Virus record (IMG/VR): IMGVR_UViG_3300030107_003216
Span: 1 to 64,000 of that record
Length of the DNA: 64,000 nt
DNA from: an uncultured virus (IMG/VR IMGVR_UViG_3300030107_003216)
Taxonomy: Duplodnaviria; Heunggongvirae; Uroviricota; Caudoviricetes
Strand: one strand, 5' to 3'
In this document: positions 60,493 through 64,000 of the stretch, one piece after another
Layout of the letters: every line of letters starts with the position of its first letter
How positions within the stretch are numbered: the stretch's first letter is position 1
Made by a program: the position numbers and the translations under genes
The notes under the pieces: generated by a model
Told to the model about the DNA's origin: nothing
What the model saw: the letters and a program-made list of their open reading frames with translations, nothing else
The model's database searches: none

Positions 60493-60886
60493 TAAACCAC
60501 CCCTGTTTGAATTTATCCAATTCTTTTCTTGATGTGAAATAGCGGGGAGTATCTAATTCATCTAAACGATTCACTACCCAACAAGCACCTCCTAAAGATG
60601 ATACTTGCACTATTTCGTATTGTCCTCCATTTATTTCAATTACTTCAATTGTATTGACTTCGGGAACAAGCCCATACTTCTTAGTAATTTCATTAGCAAC
60701 ATCATGTATGTTCTCAACAACATACTTGATAATGTGCGCTCTTTGAATAGGTATCTTTGGCGCAACATCAATCTTCAAATTACCCGTCATATTACAGACT
60801 ACACATTTATTTCCTTTACAAATAGGACATTTAATCTGTGCTTTATGCGGGGCAGGTAATGTAACGGTTATTGCTCTCTTCTTCAC
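60485..60886 (-). CDS. Protein with DnaJ-type zinc finger
   Basis: CPICKG..CVVCNMTG. Confidence 0.6.
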   Translation of the reverse strand: MKKRAITVTLPAPHKAQIKCPICKGNKCVVCNMTGNLKIDVAPKIPIQRAHIIKYVVENIHDVANEITKKYGLVPEVNTIEVIEINGGQYEIVQVSSLGGACWVVNRLDELDTPRYFTSRKELDKFKQGWFSE

Positions 60887-60888
60887 AT

Positions 60889-62397
60889 TTATTCCTCCAA
60901 CAATACTGCAACATCTGTTGAATAGAATAACTGTGCAATTGACATAGCCGCAAGGAAACTATTCTTAGTTACTTTAACAGGGTCAACAACATTCTGTAAG
61001 TTTTCTATTTTACCTGTTAAAGCATTGAATCCTATTCCATTAGAAGGAATAATTTCTGTCATTGTTGCGCCTACATCTAAATTACTGTTTGCAATTAAAG
61101 TTCTAATTGGTTCATGGAGGGCATCAACCAACCATGTTAAATCATACTTTAATTTAGTATTAGTTTCAATACCAGCAAGTGCTAAAGTTAATCCTCCGCC
61201 AACAACAATACCTTCTGCTAATGCTGCTTTAGTTGCATTAAGCGCATCATCAAGTCTTTCTTTCTTTTCTCTCATCTCAATAGAAGAACCAGCACCAACT
61301 CTAATCGTAGCAATTCCACCCTTTAGGCGAGTAATTCTGCTCTTAATTCGACCAGCATCATATCCTGTCATATCCTTTAGCGTTTCTTTTAGACGATTAA
61401 TTCGTGATGTAGTATCGCCATCAGCACCAACAAAGGTAGTTTTCTCTTTTGTAATTATAACCTGTTCACAAGTACCAAACTCATCTATGGTAATGTTTGT
61501 TGGGTCGTCTTTAGAATCAGCATTGTAAATCTCTCCACCAATCAAAGTTTTAATGTCACCCAATTCATCTAATTGAGCATCACCAAAGTTAGGCGCAAGT
61601 ATTACTGCACAATCAACAGTCTTATTCAGAATATTCATTAATAGATTATTCAATGAAGAACCCTCCATTCCTTTACATAGAATAAGCAAAGGTCTTTTCT
61701 GCGAAGCCGCTAATTCTAACATTGGCAATAATTCACCAAAGTTTCTAAATGGAATATTAGAAAGGAATACTAATGGCTTATTGAATACTACTTTACCTTC
61801 ATCATTAGCCATTAAATGACTAATGTAACCTTCGGGTATTTCCATTCCCTCTCTAACCACTAATTCGGTTAAATGTGATTTAGATTCTTCAACAGTTACT
61901 ACTCCATCTCTCCCCACTTTCTCAAGTGCGTCAGCAATTAATTGGCCCATATCAGAATCATTATTTGCGGCTATTGTGGCAATATCAAGAATACCACTAT
62001 CATTTACAGGATAGGAGGCTACATCTAAATAGTGAACAATTTGCTCTTTAGCATCCTCCATCTGCTGATTAAATTCTTGAATAGACATTTTACCTAATGA
62101 ATCCATAATTCTATGACAAATTGCTTGAGCCAAAATACAAGCGGTAGTGGTTCCATCTCCACTACCTTCTTGTGCTTTACTTGCTAAGTTTTGTACTAAC
62201 TGAATTCCCATTTGAACATAAGCATCTTCATGTGAAATATACTTAGTAATTGTAACTCCGTCATTAATTACAACAGGAGGATTACCTTGTAAAATTACAG
62301 TCTTTGCTTGCGGCCCTAATGTTGGTTTAACTGTATTAGCAACCAAATCAATTCCTTGCAATAACTTCTGCTTTACTTCTTCTCCATTGATAATCAT
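60889..62397 (-). CDS. groEL: Group I chaperonin GroEL-like
   Basis: TLGP, NDGVTI, GDGTTT, APNFGD, EKKERLDDALNATKAA, VVDP. Confidence 0.93.
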   Translation of the reverse strand: MIINGEEVKQKLLQGIDLVANTVKPTLGPQAKTVILQGNPPVVINDGVTITKYISHEDAYVQMGIQLVQNLASKAQEGSGDGTTTACILAQAICHRIMDSLGKMSIQEFNQQMEDAKEQIVHYLDVASYPVNDSGILDIATIAANNDSDMGQLIADALEKVGRDGVVTVEESKSHLTELVVREGMEIPEGYISHLMANDEGKVVFNKPLVFLSNIPFRNFGELLPMLELAASQKRPLLILCKGMEGSSLNNLLMNILNKTVDCAVILAPNFGDAQLDELGDIKTLIGGEIYNADSKDDPTNITIDEFGTCEQVIITKEKTTFVGADGDTTSRINRLKETLKDMTGYDAGRIKSRITRLKGGIATIRVGAGSSIEMREKKERLDDALNATKAALAEGIVVGGGLTLALAGIETNTKLKYDLTWLVDALHEPIRTLIANSNLDVGATMTEIIPSNGIGFNALTGKIENLQNVVDPVKVTKNSFLAAMSIAQLFYSTDVAVLLEE

Positions 62398-62627
62398 TCT
62401 GAATCACCTTCAACTACAATTGCAAATACATTATCATAAGGCACAAACATATGTTGTCCTTGGCTTTTGTAAATATGGCTATCATCATATACTACTCGAC
62501 AACCAACCAAAGTCTTGTCCTTTACACAAGATACAACTAATCCTATGTTGTTATGTTTAATTTTAATTCCACTTTCAGTGGTGTTCTCTTCTGTTTTAAT
62601 AATTACATAATCTCCTACTGCTATCAT
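62394..62627 (-). CDS. groES: Co-chaperonin GroES-like
   Basis: GDYVIIK...TTESGI...GLVVS; directly upstream of groEL. Confidence 0.75.
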   Translation of the reverse strand: MIAVGDYVIIKTEENTTESGIKIKHNNIGLVVSCVKDKTLVGCRVVYDDSHIYKSQGQHMFVPYDNVFAIVVEGDSE

Positions 62628-62962
62628 TTCTTTTCACCTCTATATTCTTCGGGTACGCCGCTTCCTAAGAAACCACCTTTTTCTCTCACCATTGCTAAGA
62701 AAGCAGAATTAAACTTATTCTTTCTCGCTATTTGGCAACATACTCTAATCTTATCTGTTGAATGAAGATTCCAAAACTCTCCATTCTCCCAACCAAACTT
62801 ATGTTCAATATATTGGCATAATTGTTTTCTTGACATCTTTTCAAAATCCTCATCAATTTCTATTCCAAGAATAGGGCCACCTTCATTCTTTAGAAATGAA
62901 TCGAGAATAACATAAACTCGACCCATACCGTTGATTGTTTTTCTAAGCAACCACTGAATCAT
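62624..62962 (-). CDS. Hypothetical protein
   Basis: ORF track. Confidence 0.6.
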   Translation of the reverse strand: MIQWLLRKTINGMGRVYVILDSFLKNEGGPILGIEIDEDFEKMSRKQLCQYIEHKFGWENGEFWNLHSTDKIRVCCQIARKNKFNSAFLAMVREKGGFLGSGVPEEYRGEKK

Positions 62963-63150
62963 TTCTTACCACCCTTTTTCTTTTTACCATTAAAAACCCA
63001 TTTGTTTGGGTTTGGAATGTTTTTATCATTAGGATGGTTAAGTGCATGTTGTTTCTTTCTTTCAAGAACAGTCATAGTTAAATTATAACTTGCTCTTTCG
63101 GGATATTTTCTTGCAGTTGATTGTCCTTTCTTTAATGTTCTAAATCTCAT
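62959..63150 (-). CDS. Small basic protein
   Basis: ORF track; ATGA coupling. Confidence 0.55.
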   Translation of the reverse strand: MRFRTLKKGQSTARKYPERASYNLTMTVLERKKQHALNHPNDKNIPNPNKWVFNGKKKKGGKK

Positions 63151-63404
63151 TCTTCTTCGCCTCCTTTAATAATCTCATATCGAAAACCTCCCCATGCACC
63201 CTTATCTTTGACCTTAATCCAATTAGGTTTATACTCTTCAGCAAACCAACGCTTACCTGTGATTGTTCCGTATGGTGTCTTAACAGGTTGTGTAGTACTA
63301 TTGAGTCGAGCCTTCTTACCTTGCGTTTTCAACATCTCAACATCTTGTTCAGCGAACTCTTTAGTTTCCCATTCACTGTATGCTCTCATCCAACAGCCAC
63401 TCAT
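63147..63404 (-). CDS. Hypothetical protein
   Basis: ORF track; ATGA coupling. Confidence 0.55.
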   Translation of the reverse strand: MSGCWMRAYSEWETKEFAEQDVEMLKTQGKKARLNSTTQPVKTPYGTITGKRWFAEEYKPNWIKVKDKGAWGGFRYEIIKGGEEE

Positions 63405-63934
63405 TCCTCTTCATCTCCCCATTCTTGTACTCTTTCTGGTTCAAAGTCACGATAAATTTGTAATTGTTTTGGGTTTGTATTCTCCCAAAATCCATAATGA
63501 CCTACTCCGCCTAAAACAAAAGCAGTTTCCATTAATGGTTCCCAAATACTAACTGTTCTAATATCTGTTCCACTAAAATACGCACTGCCAAATGGATGAG
63601 TATGAATCCATGTCTTAATAGGTAATTTCATACCAACAGGGTCAATCTTGAAATCAACATAACCCGAAGTACCGGATGAAATAAATATCTTATCTTCTGA
63701 ATCAATAACAACTTGTACCTCTAATTTAGGTAGTATTTCTGTGGAAGCATGCCAAATACCTATCATTAATTCATCATTATGCCATGCGTCATTCTCATAT
63801 CCATTTCTAATGAAATATTCTGCTTCTGCTCTTGCTATTTCTAAATCTGCAAGGTATTTATCATACCCATCATCACCATTTCTTTTTTCTTCTTCTCTCA
63901 TAGCCCAATCACTGCTCTTGCTCATTATCGTCAC
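63401..63934 (-). CDS. JAB/MPN+ (JAMM) metalloprotease-domain protein
   Basis: Upstream E (LEVQ) plus HTHP-x5-FSGTD, matching the HxH-x7-S-x2-D motif. Confidence 0.8.
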   Translation of the reverse strand: MTIMSKSSDWAMREEEKRNGDDGYDKYLADLEIARAEAEYFIRNGYENDAWHNDELMIGIWHASTEILPKLEVQVVIDSEDKIFISSGTSGYVDFKIDPVGMKLPIKTWIHTHPFGSAYFSGTDIRTVSIWEPLMETAFVLGGVGHYGFWENTNPKQLQIYRDFEPERVQEWGDEEE

Positions 63935-63937
63935 CTC

Positions 63938-64000
63938 TTAAATTTTTGAGTACCGATTGAGTTAGTTTCTCAATCTTTGCTTGTAGTTTGCGTATTTTAC
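63938..64000 (-). CDS. 3' end of a gene truncated by the window edge
   Basis: Open frame ...KIRKLQAKIEKLTQSVLKNL-stop. Confidence 0.4.

Noticed and set aside
1..64000. Alternative genetic code or stop-codon reassignment
   Set aside because: Genes are full length and densely packed under the standard code, and all three stops are used as terminators.

Overview
This is a 64-kb AT-rich fragment of a tailed dsDNA archaeal virus. Gene content and GGTGA/GAGGTG ribosome-binding sites best fit a magrovirus, the head-tail viruses predicted to infect Marine Group II Poseidoniales; the host assignment is inference. Two convergent blocks meet at a hairpin terminator near 40.9 kb. The + strand (1-40838) is the morphogenesis module: terminase, LAGLIDADG-containing protein, portal, an ATP-dependent DNA ligase, prohead protease/scaffold, major capsid protein, a membrane/GTPase cluster, neck, tail tube, frameshifted tail chaperones, tape measure, tail tip and fibre. 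The - strand (40896-64000) is an archaeal-type replication module: DEDD exonuclease, MCM-like helicase, ERCC4 nuclease, PriS-PriL primase, Cas4-like nuclease, split PolB, PCNA, Sak4/RadA-like ATPase, SSB, two RFC subunits, a second ligase, two histone-fold proteins, a PC4-like protein, GroEL/GroES and a JAB protease. Two candidate undescribed systems stand out. (1) A recurring M-x-W-x-x-[IL]-x-K peptide starts six unrelated small head-module ORFs and ends the protease/scaffold and a mini-scaffold, suggesting a capsid cargo-loading tag on exchangeable cassettes. (2) A five-gene late cluster is built around an Arf/Sar-like small GTPase and membrane proteins, a candidate egress or membrane-remodelling module. 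All calls come from motif reading only; no database searches were run.
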